Shown here: positions 1-9,009 of the stretch, one piece after another
Position numbering within the stretch: the first letter of the stretch is position 1
How the letters are laid out: each line of letters opens with the position of its first letter
Assembly: GCA_964596395.1 (NCBI GenBank)
Contig: CAZQSY010000001.1
Coordinates: forward strand, 108,091 to 172,090
Length of the DNA: 64,000 bases
Reading direction: 5' to 3'
Origin: an uncultured Candidatus Saccharibacteria bacterium
GTDB lineage: Bacteria; Patescibacteriota; Minisyncoccia; Phycocordibacterales; UBA9973
Program-made: the position numbers and the translations under genes
The notes under the pieces: model-generated
Database searches by the model: none
Told to the model about the DNA's origin: nothing
What the model saw: only the letters and a program-made list of their open reading frames with translations

Positions 1-1448
1 CTGATCTGGGCCATAATGGTAGCTCCAGCTGTAAGCGGAGAACCGTCAACAGCCAAGAGATCAACCAAGATGCGACCTTCAACTTTGTCGCCTGCCTTGA
101 GGGTAAAGTCAACATCATCGAAGAGAACCGCCTCAGTCGTACCTACATCACCGTCGGTATCCTCAGTATAAGAGGTGTCGCCGGCGCCGCCGTAAGTAGC
201 TGTACCATACTTGTCACCATCAAGTTCGAGGTAAATCGCCGGAGTAGCACCACCAGCAATTATGTCATCGATATGTGATTCGACAGTTGCAGTAAGGAAT
301 ACAGGGAACTTTTGGATCTTAAGATCTGAATCACCATCAGCTTCAAGTGTGAAGTTCAAAATGGCAACATCATCAGTGGTGGTAGAAGCTGCACCGTCAA
401 GCATGTGGCCAACGTTGGCATCTTCATCGTCACTAGATTCCGAGATCTTAAGTTCCGCGTCAGTTGCAGTAGCAAAGTTCTGGAAGGTAAAGGTGCGAGT
501 TGCGGTGCTCGGATCTTCCGAGGTGCTTGCGCCCTGCGCATCTTCATAACGAACTGAACGGAAATCTACCGTCCAAGAATCGTTGGCATCGTTGGTATCA
601 AGGTTGGAAATACCAGATACAGCTACGGTTAGCTCGCCGGTATCACCTTCCTTAATCACGCCACCGTCCAATGTAACGGTTGCAATCCAGTTGTTGTCAT
701 CGTTGAATTCATTAGCATCTACGCGGCCGATCTCTTTACCATCGAGCCATACGGATACTTCTGTTGCATAATCTTCGAAGTCACTTCCTGCCGTGCCTTC
801 GTCAAAGACGAGACGAACTGCAGTAAGCTTTAGATCAGAACCGTTGGCTTCAATTTCAAGACCCGCAACCTCAACATCTTCCTCATCCTCACCAACTTGC
901 TCGTTGGAAAGAGAAGACATCAGTGTGTAGTCGGCAGATCCTGCTCCACCTTCCAATCCTGTTGAGGGAGTTGAAGGGGTGCTGGAACCATCACATTTCT
1001 GACCAGTCGTTACGCTGTACATGTAGCCGGGCATGCATCCTGCTGGAAGATTGCCAGAGGACATGCTGTCGCACTTAACACCGCTGACCGGGCTGTAGCC
1101 TGAAGTCGAGGTGCATCCTGCCGGAAGATTGCCGGAAGACGGAGGCGTGTAAGTCGGCGTATAACCTGCCGAAAGCTTCGCGCCAGTCATCGGGCCAACC
1201 ACTCCGTCAGCTACGAGGCCATTCGCGGCCTGGTAAGACATAACCGCGGCCTTTGTGAGCGAACCGAAGTATCCAGTAGACGGGGTAACACCCAGGGTCT
1301 GCTGAAGGCTCAACACTTGTGAACCGCTCATTCCTTGCTTCAGAGTAACGGTGTGCATGTAAGCGGCGTTAGCTGTACCAGCCAAAACCACTAGAGCTAA
1401 AACCATGACTCCAAAAACAAAGAGTTTTGATTTCAATAATTTACTCAT
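1..1448 (-). CDS. Secreted repeat protein with peptidoglycan-binding-like domain (partial, C-terminus beyond window start)
   Basis: Manual minus-strand translation from ATG at 1446-1448: MSKLLKSKLFVFGVMVLALVVLAGTANA signal peptide; LKQGMSGSQVLSLQQTLG...GLVADGVVGPMTGAKL resembles PG_binding_1; two SSGNLPAGC repeats; long acidic D/T/E-rich repeat region; frame stays open to position 1 so it is absent from the ORF track. Confidence 0.6.
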   Translation of the reverse strand, partial: MSKLLKSKLFVFGVMVLALVVLAGTANAAYMHTVTLKQGMSGSQVLSLQQTLGVTPSTGYFGSLTKAAVMSYQAANGLVADGVVGPMTGAKLSAGYTPTYTPPSSGNLPAGCTSTSGYSPVSGVKCDSMSSGNLPAGCMPGYMYSVTTGQKCDGSSTPSTPSTGLEGGAGSADYTLMSSLSNEQVGEDEEDVEVAGLEIEANGSDLKLTAVRLVFDEGTAGSDFEDYATEVSVWLDGKEIGRVDANEFNDDNNWIATVTLDGGVIKEGDTGELTVAVSGISNLDTNDANDSWTVDFRSVRYEDAQGASTSEDPSTATRTFTFQNFATATDAELKISESSDDEDANVGHMLDGAASTTTDDVAILNFTLEADGDSDLKIQKFPVFLTATVESHIDDIIAGGATPAIYLELDGDKYGTATYGGAGDTSYTEDTDGDVGTTEAVLFDDVDFTLKAGDKVEGRILVDLLAVDGSPLTAGATIMAQI

Positions 1449-1970
1449 AATTTTTTCTACGCCATTAATTAGTTTCGACTAAACCAAGGGCGTATTTTTC
1501 TATCACTGCTCTCGCCCGCTCGAATAATTTTTAAAACTTATAATGGAGCGCGCGACAAACAATGAACAGATATCTAACTAAACTTGAAAATAAAATGTTA
1601 ACTTATTTTATTTTCAATGACCTTTCTTTTGCCCGAAACATTTTTTGACCTGTCTCGGGTTCATCCTCATTCGCGATTTTTTCGACGAAATCACGAACGA
1701 AAACAAATGCAAACTTATGCGAATACAGAATAAACCTTGCGGCTTCATTCTGTAAGCACACGAAGTATTATAATATAAGGCCCGAAAGCTGAGCAATATA
1801 TTATGTGGATAACTATCGAGTTACAGAAAACTCTTGCTCTTCAAAGAGCCGGATAGATTGCCCACAGGGCTAATTGTCACACAATTTTAAAGAAAAAGCA
1901 AATCGAGACAGAAACCCAAAATCAATATAAAGCGCTGTCAATCCCGCTTTTGATACCCCGATTTAATCCT

Positions 1971-2945
1971 TTATAAAAGGGGGCTGTTTTCCCGGGGCGT
2001 TTGCTGCTTTGACACTGCCGTCTCGGGCGCCGCCTGCGGAGAAACTAGGAAATACTGGCTCCATCTTTTTGACCCTGTCCGATAGAGAATTCTATCGGAC
2101 ACCATAGACACCAGTTCTCTTTGTAGTGTCTTTTCACTACATGAAACAAGCGTGTCCTTTGCATTATTTTTTATGTCCGTTATCGTCAAACCGACGGAAA
2201 CACCTCCGGTAATATTTTTTGATTTTATAATTGAAGTTATTTCTTCACGTCTTTTATTTTTTAAAGCATCAAAATTGTCGGCTTTTTCTTTAAGGACATG
2301 ACCTCCACGGTTTGAATTATTCAAATGAGAAGAAAGGTTATCGGACATCCTGACGCTCTTCAGAGCATTCACCAAAGTACTTCCCTTTTGGACACCAATA
2401 CTAGTTCCATGTCCTTTACCGGAAAATCCACCAATCGGAGGTACAACTCTGTCTATCATTCTAGAAACCGGCGACGCGGGCGATTTAAAATCTATTTCTA
2501 CCGAAGGCGCCGTAGTTAGAAAATCTTTCAGCCAAAGGTTGCTTTGTACAAAGTTTTTTTGTATCGATTCTCTCAAGGAAGAAAATTCTTTGGAGAGAAT
2601 TCCCGCGTTCATTTCGGATATCATTCCGACATCACGGCCTATGTCTAATAGAAACAAAACTTCCGTTATTCCGCTCTCAAAGTCCTTTAAATGCTCTCTG
2701 GAGCCAGACACTATGTCCGATAAAATTTTTATACCTAATTCTCTTAATTTTGTCCTTAATGGTTCATCGTAACGCATCATGTCCGTTACCATATATAACG
2801 CCGTAATAAGCTTGTTTGTTCTTATATAGTAGGCAGAGTAATCTGTCCGATACGGCATCAGGGAAACGGAAGAATTTGATGTGTCCTTTATAGAATCCTG
2901 AGGAGTGTCTTTTAGGTTTTTTTCCTCTGGTAACATTGTGTCCAT
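1971..2945 (-). CDS. Hypothetical protein
   Basis: ORF track 1971..3023; start moved to internal Met (MDTMLPEE...) at 2945 because the upstream 78 nt run into repeat element copy A; no recognisable motif. Confidence 0.4.
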   Translation of the reverse strand: MDTMLPEEKNLKDTPQDSIKDTSNSSVSLMPYRTDYSAYYIRTNKLITALYMVTDMMRYDEPLRTKLRELGIKILSDIVSGSREHLKDFESGITEVLFLLDIGRDVGMISEMNAGILSKEFSSLRESIQKNFVQSNLWLKDFLTTAPSVEIDFKSPASPVSRMIDRVVPPIGGFSGKGHGTSIGVQKGSTLVNALKSVRMSDNLSSHLNNSNRGGHVLKEKADNFDALKNKRREEITSIIKSKNITGGVSVGLTITDIKNNAKDTLVSCSEKTLQRELVSMVSDRILYRTGSKRWSQYFLVSPQAAPETAVSKQQTPRENSPLL

Positions 2946-2975
2946 TATATATAGGACAGCGAAAAACGCAAGCTG

Positions 2976-3089
2976 GGGGTTCCGCGAAGTTTGTGTTTTT
3001 TGAGCTGGTCTGGTTGAGCCCACACCTTTTAAAAATTACTGTGTGGGCGACCCGAGGACCCGAGAAAAATACAAACTTCGCGGAACCCC
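2976..3089. repeat. Nested inverted-repeat element, copy A (outer 19-bp perfect IR ggggttccgcgaagtttgt / acaaacttcgcggaacccc enclosing core gagctggtctggttgag-hairpin-cgacccgaggacccgagaaaaat)
   Basis: Outer IR 2976-2994 and 3071-3089 are exact reverse complements; core 3002-3070 has an internal hairpin cccacac...gtgtggg; the same termini recur at 5694-5779 and 21642-21734. Confidence 0.7.
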
Positions 3090-3110
3090 AAAGTGTGCTA
3101 AAATACGCGC

Positions 3111-5354
3111 ATGGCGAAAAAAATCTCGAAGTCCCTGGCTAAATCTTTCATGCCGGCAAGCAAGCTGAGAACCGAAACCAAACACGGAATTTTGGCAATT
3201 CTTTTTTTTGTTTTGGCTTTATTCCTTTTCATGTCTATGTTTGACTTCGGAGGCATCGCGGGAAAAAATATTTACGAATTTCTGGATTATTTTTTTGGCG
3301 TGGGGTACATCCTTCTGCCGACGGTTCTCATGCTGCTCGGCTACTCTTTCTTGAAATCCGAAACCCCCGACATCGGCTTGACCCGCGCGACAAGCGGAGT
3401 GCTCTTCATACTGTCGAGCTTGGGTCTGATAGACCTCGTGTCGCAAACGCATGCCGGCGGATTCTTAGGCAGAATACTTTCGGGTCCTCTATTTTATTTG
3501 TTTGACGTTTACGCCAGCATAATTTTTCTCGGCGCGCTTCTGCTCATTTCGATTTTCATGATGTTTGACGCCAAGCCCGATCTAGCGGGCATCGGCAGAA
3601 AAATCTGGGCCGCCCTGAAGGGCGAAAAACAGAAACCGCTGCCTCTGCCCGAAGAAGAACCGGCCGAGTATGAAACCGAAGAAGAATATGAAACAGAAGA
3701 AACAAAACCGGAAAAAGACAAAAACGGCATGAAGGAAAAAATAAAAAAAGCTCTGGCGATAAAAAGCGGCGACGAAGAGCCCGCCCGCCATGCTTCGCAA
3801 GGCGATGCGGGCGGGGAAGAAGACCTGCCGATAAAAAAAAGAAAAACAGTTTTCGGTTCGACCTATGTACCCCCTTCGCTCTCGCTCCTTGAAGAGGACC
3901 AGGGCAAGCCAAACACCGGCGACATCAAAGCAAACGCAAACATAATCAAACGCACACTGCAGAACTTCGGCATTGAGGTAGAGATGGATGAAATAACCAT
4001 CGGTCCCACCGTCACCCGCTACGCGCTGAAACCGGCCGAGGGAGTAAAACTCTCGCGCATCGTCGGCTTGCAAAATGACCTGGCGCTAGCGCTGGCCGCA
4101 CATCCTATTAGAATAGAAGCGCCGATACCGGGCAAATCGCTGGTGGGCATAGAGATACCGAACAAATCAAAATCCATAGTCGGGCTGGCCACGCTTCTCG
4201 CAGACGGCAAATTCCAAAATTCGCAGAAACCGCTCACGATGGCCCTGGGCCGAGGCATCTCGGGCAAGGCGATGTTCGGCAATCTGGCCAAGATGCCGCA
4301 CTGCCTGGTAGCCGGCACCACCGGTAGCGGAAAATCGGTAACGATTCATTCTATGATTACTTCCCTGCTCTACCGCAACGGACCGGATGACCTGAAATTC
4401 ATATTAATAGACCCGAAACGGGTGGAGCTGACTCTTTATAACAACATCCCGCATCTCCTGACTCCGGTCATAACCGACGCCAAGAAAACAATCCTGGCCC
4501 TGAAGTGGGCCGCCAAAGAAATGGACCGCCGCTATGACATACTTGAGGCCGAATCAGTACGGGATATAGAGTCGTACCATAGCAACGTCTTGGGCAAAAG
4601 CCCGAAGAAAACAAAAACCGACGAAAACGGCGAAGAGGTCACGGTGGATGCCGACCGCCTGCCCTACATAGTCATCGTCATTGACGAACTGGCGGATATA
4701 ATGAGCGCGTATCCGCGCGAACTCGAAGCGGCAATCGTGCGTTTGGCGCAAATGTCGCGCGCGGTGGGTATACACCTGGTGCTTTCTACCCAGCGCCCCG
4801 AAGTAAACGTCATTACCGGCCTCATCAAAGCAAACATACCGGCCCGGGTAGCACTGAAAGTTTCTTCACAAGTTGACTCGCGCACCATACTAGATGCCGG
4901 CGGCGCAGAGAAACTCTTGGGAGCCGGAGACATGCTGTACTCTTCGGGGGACGCCCAGCCCGAACGCCTGCAGAGTGCGTTTATTTCGGAACCGGAAGTG
5001 AAAAAAGTCGTAAAGTACCTGGTGGATTCGTACAAAGACGAACTCATGGATGAAATTTCTCTCACCTCCGGTTCAATATCCGCCGACAAAAGTATCTTTG
5101 AAAGCACTCTGGATGATGAAGATATCGACGGAGACAACGATGAAATGTACGAAGAAGCGAGGGCCTGCGTAATCGAGGCGGGCAAGGCCTCGACTTCGTA
5201 CCTGCAGAGAAAGTTGAAATTGGGCTACGCGCGCGCCGCCCGGCTTATGGATAAACTCGAAGAACGCGGGGTCATCGGCCCCGGCGAAGGAGCCAAGCCC
5301 AGAGAAGTGCTCGAAAAAATAACGCATGACGAAAACGGCGGCAATGTGATATGA
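3111..5354 (+). CDS. ftsK: DNA translocase FtsK/SpoIIIE
   Basis: N-terminal TM helices, acidic linker, Walker A GTTGSGKS, Walker B VIVIDELAD, C-terminal gamma winged-helix (KASTSYLQRKLKLGYARAARLMDKLEERGVIGP). Confidence 0.95.
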   Translation: MAKKISKSLAKSFMPASKLRTETKHGILAILFFVLALFLFMSMFDFGGIAGKNIYEFLDYFFGVGYILLPTVLMLLGYSFLKSETPDIGLTRATSGVLFILSSLGLIDLVSQTHAGGFLGRILSGPLFYLFDVYASIIFLGALLLISIFMMFDAKPDLAGIGRKIWAALKGEKQKPLPLPEEEPAEYETEEEYETEETKPEKDKNGMKEKIKKALAIKSGDEEPARHASQGDAGGEEDLPIKKRKTVFGSTYVPPSLSLLEEDQGKPNTGDIKANANIIKRTLQNFGIEVEMDEITIGPTVTRYALKPAEGVKLSRIVGLQNDLALALAAHPIRIEAPIPGKSLVGIEIPNKSKSIVGLATLLADGKFQNSQKPLTMALGRGISGKAMFGNLAKMPHCLVAGTTGSGKSVTIHSMITSLLYRNGPDDLKFILIDPKRVELTLYNNIPHLLTPVITDAKKTILALKWAAKEMDRRYDILEAESVRDIESYHSNVLGKSPKKTKTDENGEEVTVDADRLPYIVIVIDELADIMSAYPRELEAAIVRLAQMSRAVGIHLVLSTQRPEVNVITGLIKANIPARVALKVSSQVDSRTILDAGGAEKLLGAGDMLYSSGDAQPERLQSAFISEPEVKKVVKYLVDSYKDELMDEISLTSGSISADKSIFESTLDDEDIDGDNDEMYEEARACVIEAGKASTSYLQRKLKLGYARAARLMDKLEERGVIGPGEGAKPREVLEKITHDENGGNVI

Positions 5355-5704
5355 CCTTAAACGCGAAAAAGCTGCTAAAAATTGTTTCCTTCTCAGTGCT
5401 TATTCTCTTTGTGGCTATCTACGCTTTCTACCGCTCCAGAGACCTCGTCTTTGGAGTCAAAATAAAAAATGTGAACATAACCGACGGCGCAACAGTCATT
5501 GAAAAAGTCCTGCCGGTCGAAGGGAACGCCAGAAACGCCGTTTTGCTCGCGCTTGACGGCAGGGCCGTATCAATAGACGAAGAAGGCAATTTTAAAGAAG
5601 AAATCGCGCTCTTTTCGGGTTATAATGTAGTGAGTATAAAAGCGGTAGACAAGTTCGGCAATAGCGACGAAAAAAATTATAAGTTAGTGTTTATTCCGCG
5701 ATAA
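5351..5704 (+). CDS. Small membrane-anchored hypothetical protein (ATGA overlap with ftsK stop)
   Basis: 117 aa, one N-terminal TM helix (IVSFSVLILFVAIYAFY); the last codons FIPR plus the stop lie inside the outer IR of repeat copy B. Confidence 0.5.
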   Translation: MTLNAKKLLKIVSFSVLILFVAIYAFYRSRDLVFGVKIKNVNITDGATVIEKVLPVEGNARNAVLLALDGRAVSIDEEGNFKEEIALFSGYNVVSIKAVDKFGNSDEKNYKLVFIPR

Positions 5705-5779
5705 TTATATTTTTCTCGGGTCCTCGGGTCGGCCTCTCGGCCTCAACCAGACCAGCTCGAAAAACACAATTATCGTGGA
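5694..5779. repeat. Nested inverted-repeat element, copy B (inverted relative to copy A)
   Basis: Core atttttctcgggtcctcgggtcg-gcctctcggcc-tcaaccagaccagctc is the reverse complement of the copy-A termini; outer imperfect IR ttccgcgataattat (5694-5708) / acaattatcgtggaa (5765-5779). Confidence 0.65.
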
Positions 5780-5791
5780 ATCAGTAAAAAC

Positions 5792-6832
5792 ATGATTAAG
5801 AAAAAAGAAAAGGAAGAAAAAAAGAGCAATGATAGTTCTATGCTGGATGATACTTTGAAAGCCATTCAGGCCAAATTCGGAGAAGGGGCAATTATGAAAC
5901 TCGGCGAAACCCCGAAAGTCGACGTGAATACCATACCGACCGGCTCTATCGGTCTCGACATGGCGCTCGGCGTAGGCGGCATACCGCGTGGCAGAATCAT
6001 TGAAATCTTCGGACCGGAATCCTCGGGCAAAACCACCCTTTCGCTTCACATCGTGGCCGAAGCGCAAAAGCGCGGCGGAGTTTGCGCCTACATCGACGCC
6101 GAACACGCCATGGACCCTGAATACACTAAGAAGCTCGGAGTAAACATCGACCAGCTCTTGATTTCCCAGCCGGACACCGGAGAACAAGCGCTTGAAATTA
6201 CCGAAAGCTTGGTGCGCACCGGAAAAATCGACGTAATCGTGGTTGACTCGGTGGCAGCGCTGACACCCAAAGACGAAATCGAGGGAGACATGGGCGCATA
6301 TCATGTAGGCAAACAGGCCCGACTGATGTCTCAAGCGCTCCGTAAACTCACGGCCATCGTTGCGAGAAGTAAAACGGTAGTGATTTTCATAAACCAAATC
6401 CGCATGCAAATCGGCGTGATGTTCGGCAACCCCGAAACTACGCCGGGCGGCAAAGCGCTGAAATTCTATACTTCGGTTCGGTTAGACATTCGCAAAATCG
6501 CGCAGATTAAGAAGGGTGAAGATGTAGTCGGCAGCCGCACGCGCGTGAAAGTGGTGAAAAACAAAGTCGCCGCGCCGTTCAAACAGACAGAATTTGATAT
6601 TATTTACAATGAAGGCATTTCTAAAGAGGGTGAAATGATGGCCCTAGGAGAAAAATTCAAAATCATAGAAAAAACCGGGAACTCCTATTCATACAAACCC
6701 GAGAACGGGGAAAAAGTGAAGCTGGGGGTCGGCTACGACTCTACCCGCACCTTTCTCAAAGCCAAAGAAAACGCAAAGCTGGCCGAGCAAATCCTGAAAG
6801 ACATCCGCAAAAAATTCGCGGAAGAAGCGTAA
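5792..6832 (+). CDS. recA: Recombinase RecA
   Basis: [21 protein letters not shown] Walker [10 protein letters not shown]2-loop region; Lys-rich N-terminal extension, true start may be Met at about 5840. Confidence 0.95.
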   Translation: MIKKKEKEEKKSNDSSMLDDTLKAIQAKFGEGAIMKLGETPKVDVNTIPTGSIGLDMALGVGGIPRGRIIEIFGPESSGKTTLSLHIVAEAQKRGGVCAYIDAEHAMDPEYTKKLGVNIDQLLISQPDTGEQALEITESLVRTGKIDVIVVDSVAALTPKDEIEGDMGAYHVGKQARLMSQALRKLTAIVARSKTVVIFINQIRMQIGVMFGNPETTPGGKALKFYTSVRLDIRKIAQIKKGEDVVGSRTRVKVVKNKVAAPFKQTEFDIIYNEGISKEGEMMALGEKFKIIEKTGNSYSYKPENGEKVKLGVGYDSTRTFLKAKENAKLAEQILKDIRKKFAEEA

Positions 6833-6850
6833 TCTTTAGAATATTTTAGA

Positions 6851-6878
6851 TTGACAGCAAAATTTTATTTGCTAGTAT
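6851..6878 (+). promoter_or_regulatory. Sigma70-like promoter for efp (TTGACA-16 nt-TAGTAT)
   Basis: ttgaca at 6851-6856, tagtat at 6873-6878, ATG at 6886. Confidence 0.4.
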
Positions 6879-6885
6879 ATTCGCC

Positions 6886-7464
6886 ATGTCACAACTGCAA
6901 TATAATGAAATTCGCGAGAAGAAAATAATTATCTATGATGACGAGCCGTATGAAGTGGTGGATTCGCACGTGGCCCGCACCCAGCAGAGAAAACCGCAGA
7001 ACCAGGTGAAATTGCGAAGCTTAATCTCTGGGAAGACCATCGCCGCTACTTTTCACGTTTCTGACACGGCCGAAGAGGCGGAAATAGAAAAAAAAGAAGT
7101 TAAATTTTTATACCACAACCGGGGCGAGTACTGGTTCTCTGAACCCGAGAATCCGAAAAACAGGTTTAAACTGGATGCGACACTTCTCGGCAACACGGCG
7201 AAATTTTTGAGGGAAAACAGCTTAGCAACCGCTCTGGTCTGGGGTGAAGACGAAGAGGCGAAAATTATCGGGCTCAAACTGCCGATAAAAATGGAATTCA
7301 AGGTAAAAGAAGCCCCGCCGGCCGTGCGCGGCGATACCTCAAAGAGCGGCACCAAGACCATAACACTTGAAAATGGTGCCACCCTTTCCGCCCCTATGTT
7401 CATCGAAGAAGGAGACGTAATTCGCGTCAACACCGAAACCGGAGAATACACCGAGAGGGTATAG
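6886..7464 (+). CDS. efp: Elongation factor P (divergent loop: KPGKG replaced by ARTQQRKPQNQ)
   Basis: Three-domain EF-P layout; C-terminus ITLENGATLSAPMFIEEGDVIRVNTETGEYTERV matches the EF-P C-terminal OB domain. Confidence 0.85.
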   Translation: MSQLQYNEIREKKIIIYDDEPYEVVDSHVARTQQRKPQNQVKLRSLISGKTIAATFHVSDTAEEAEIEKKEVKFLYHNRGEYWFSEPENPKNRFKLDATLLGNTAKFLRENSLATALVWGEDEEAKIIGLKLPIKMEFKVKEAPPAVRGDTSKSGTKTITLENGATLSAPMFIEEGDVIRVNTETGEYTERV

Positions 7465-7636
7465 GCGCGAAACCCTTTCTTGGCATATTTTTTATAAAGC
7501 AATCTGTCTGGCCAAGCTTGGCCAGCGAACTGCTCGTCACTCAAGAAAAACAATAGCCGGAGTACCGGCTTTGTTTTCTAAGCTCCTGCGCAAGGCTTTC
7601 TAAAAAATACGCCTGCGACCGGGTTTCGCAAACAAA

Positions 7637-7837
7637 TTATTTCGCCACGAAAGGAAGCAGGCCTAGGAAGCGAGCGTTTTTGATGGCGGTGGCGAGTTTG
7701 CGCTGGTTCTTGGCCGTCACGCCGGTGCGCCTGCGGCTCATGATTTTGCCGCTGGGATTGATAAAGCGCTTTAAGATTTCAACGTCTTTGTAATCGATAT
7801 ATTTTATGTTGTTGGCTGAAAAATAATCTTGTCGCAT
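7637..7837 (-). CDS. rpsR: 30S ribosomal protein bS18
   Basis: [14 protein letters not shown]...[29 protein letters not shown]. Confidence 0.9.
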   Translation of the reverse strand: MRQDYFSANNIKYIDYKDVEILKRFINPSGKIMSRRRTGVTAKNQRKLATAIKNARFLGLLPFVAK

Positions 7838-7843
7838 AATTGA

Positions 7844-8290
7844 TTAAAATGGTATATCTTCGGGATTAATGTCTTCTTCGGGATACTCTATCGCGTCGGT
7901 CTCTTCGGCGCCTTTCGCCTCCCCTGTCTTTGCGGGGCTGCTGCCTTGCCCGCCTCCGCTTCCTTTGGGCCCGAATTGCACTCTCTCGGCCACGATTTCG
8001 GTGCGGTATTTTTTCTCGCCGCTGTTTTTGTCTTCCCAGCTCCGGGTCTGCATCCTGCCTTCTACCAGCAAAGAACTTCCTTTCTTCAAATACTGCGCGA
8101 CCGTTTCTGCCTGGCGGCCGAATACTACTATGTTGTGAAATTCGGCTGATTCCTGGCGCGCGCCGTTTTTGTCTTTCCAAACGCGGTTGGTGGCGACTCC
8201 CAGCGTGCAAACCTTTACCCCCGACGGCAGGGAGCGAAGCTCGGGGTCGCGAGTGAGGTTGCCTATTACAATCGCTTTGTTTAGATACAT
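7844..8290 (-). CDS. ssb: Single-stranded DNA-binding protein
   Basis: OB fold (AIVIGNLTRDPELR...), Gly-rich linker, acidic C-terminal tail ending DIPF. Confidence 0.9.
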   Translation of the reverse strand: MYLNKAIVIGNLTRDPELRSLPSGVKVCTLGVATNRVWKDKNGARQESAEFHNIVVFGRQAETVAQYLKKGSSLLVEGRMQTRSWEDKNSGEKKYRTEIVAERVQFGPKGSGGGQGSSPAKTGEAKGAEETDAIEYPEEDINPEDIPF

Positions 8291-8328
8291 GTTGTCAATT
8301 GTTAGTTGATAAAAAAATTAATTGACAA

Positions 8329-8841
8329 TTAATTTGCCACCATTGCTTCGATTTCCTTGTCGATTTCTTCCTTGTCTATCGGGGCAGCCGCTTCGTCTTC
8401 TTTGCCGGGGACCGAAATTTTCTTCCTTATATCTCTTTGCACGAACCTCTTTGAAGCAATCGTGTTTTCCCGAAGGGTTTTAACGGTGAGAAATCTTATA
8501 ACATCCGGCTCGTCTTTAAACTTTTTCTCTATGGCCGAAATTTTCTCCGGCTCGGCTTCAAACTTAAACCAGCCGAAATAAGCGTCGTCGAAATTTTTGC
8601 GCGCGTTTTGTAAAACCTTGGATATGGTGTAGGCGAGGCGCACTTCTTTGGGCATTTCATCCGAAATAATTGCCCCACCGGTGCTCGCGACAAGCTCTTT
8701 CAGATTGCCGTATACAGCCGGCACGTTTTCGGGCGCGACAGAGGGCGCCAAAAGATAACCGATTTCGTAAATCCGGTTGTCTGTACCTTCGGTTTCCTCG
8801 GCGGAAGTGGCCGCTGCGTCTTGGTTTTCTGCTTCTGACAT
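8329..8841 (-). CDS. rpsF: 30S ribosomal protein bS6 with acidic C-terminal extension
   Basis: RIYEIGYLLAPSV... bS6 core; conserved rpsF-ssb-rpsR order; start taken at internal Met (MSEAEN), ORF track begins at 8889. Confidence 0.8.
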   Translation of the reverse strand: MSEAENQDAAATSAEETEGTDNRIYEIGYLLAPSVAPENVPAVYGNLKELVASTGGAIISDEMPKEVRLAYTISKVLQNARKNFDDAYFGWFKFEAEPEKISAIEKKFKDEPDVIRFLTVKTLRENTIASKRFVQRDIRKKISVPGKEDEAAAPIDKEEIDKEIEAMVAN

Positions 8842-9009
8842 GAGCCCTATACTAGCAAAAAGGGTAAAATAAGTAAAGATGAAAGGCAAAACCCTTCGCA
8901 GGCGTACTTTTTGGAAGGCCTCGCGCAGGCCGGCGGGCCGAGCAGTTCGCTCCGCAAGCTTGCGGAGATAGATTGCCTTACAAAAAGTATGCCAAGAACA
9001 GGGTTTTGC

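Noticed and set aside
1614-1796. 60-aa minus-strand ORF in the long intergenic region
   Set aside because: It is low-complexity, has no RBS context, and is embedded in an AT-rich region with a palindrome; it is more likely non-coding.
3509-5327. Several minus-strand ORFs (73-173 aa) inside ftsK
   Set aside because: They are antisense to a well-supported FtsK reading frame, low-complexity Arg/Ser/Phe-rich, and have no motifs; they are frame-shadow artefacts.
5758-5791. Expected a LexA box upstream of recA
   Set aside because: No GAAC-N4-GTTC motif is seen between repeat copy B and the recA start. recA may be constitutive or regulated from within or through the element, so an SOS box cannot be asserted.
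7866-8256. Arg-rich 114-aa minus-strand ORF and plus-strand ORFs overlapping ssb
   Set aside because: These are alternate frames of the ssb Gly-rich linker region; the SSB frame has a clear OB fold and DIPF tail.
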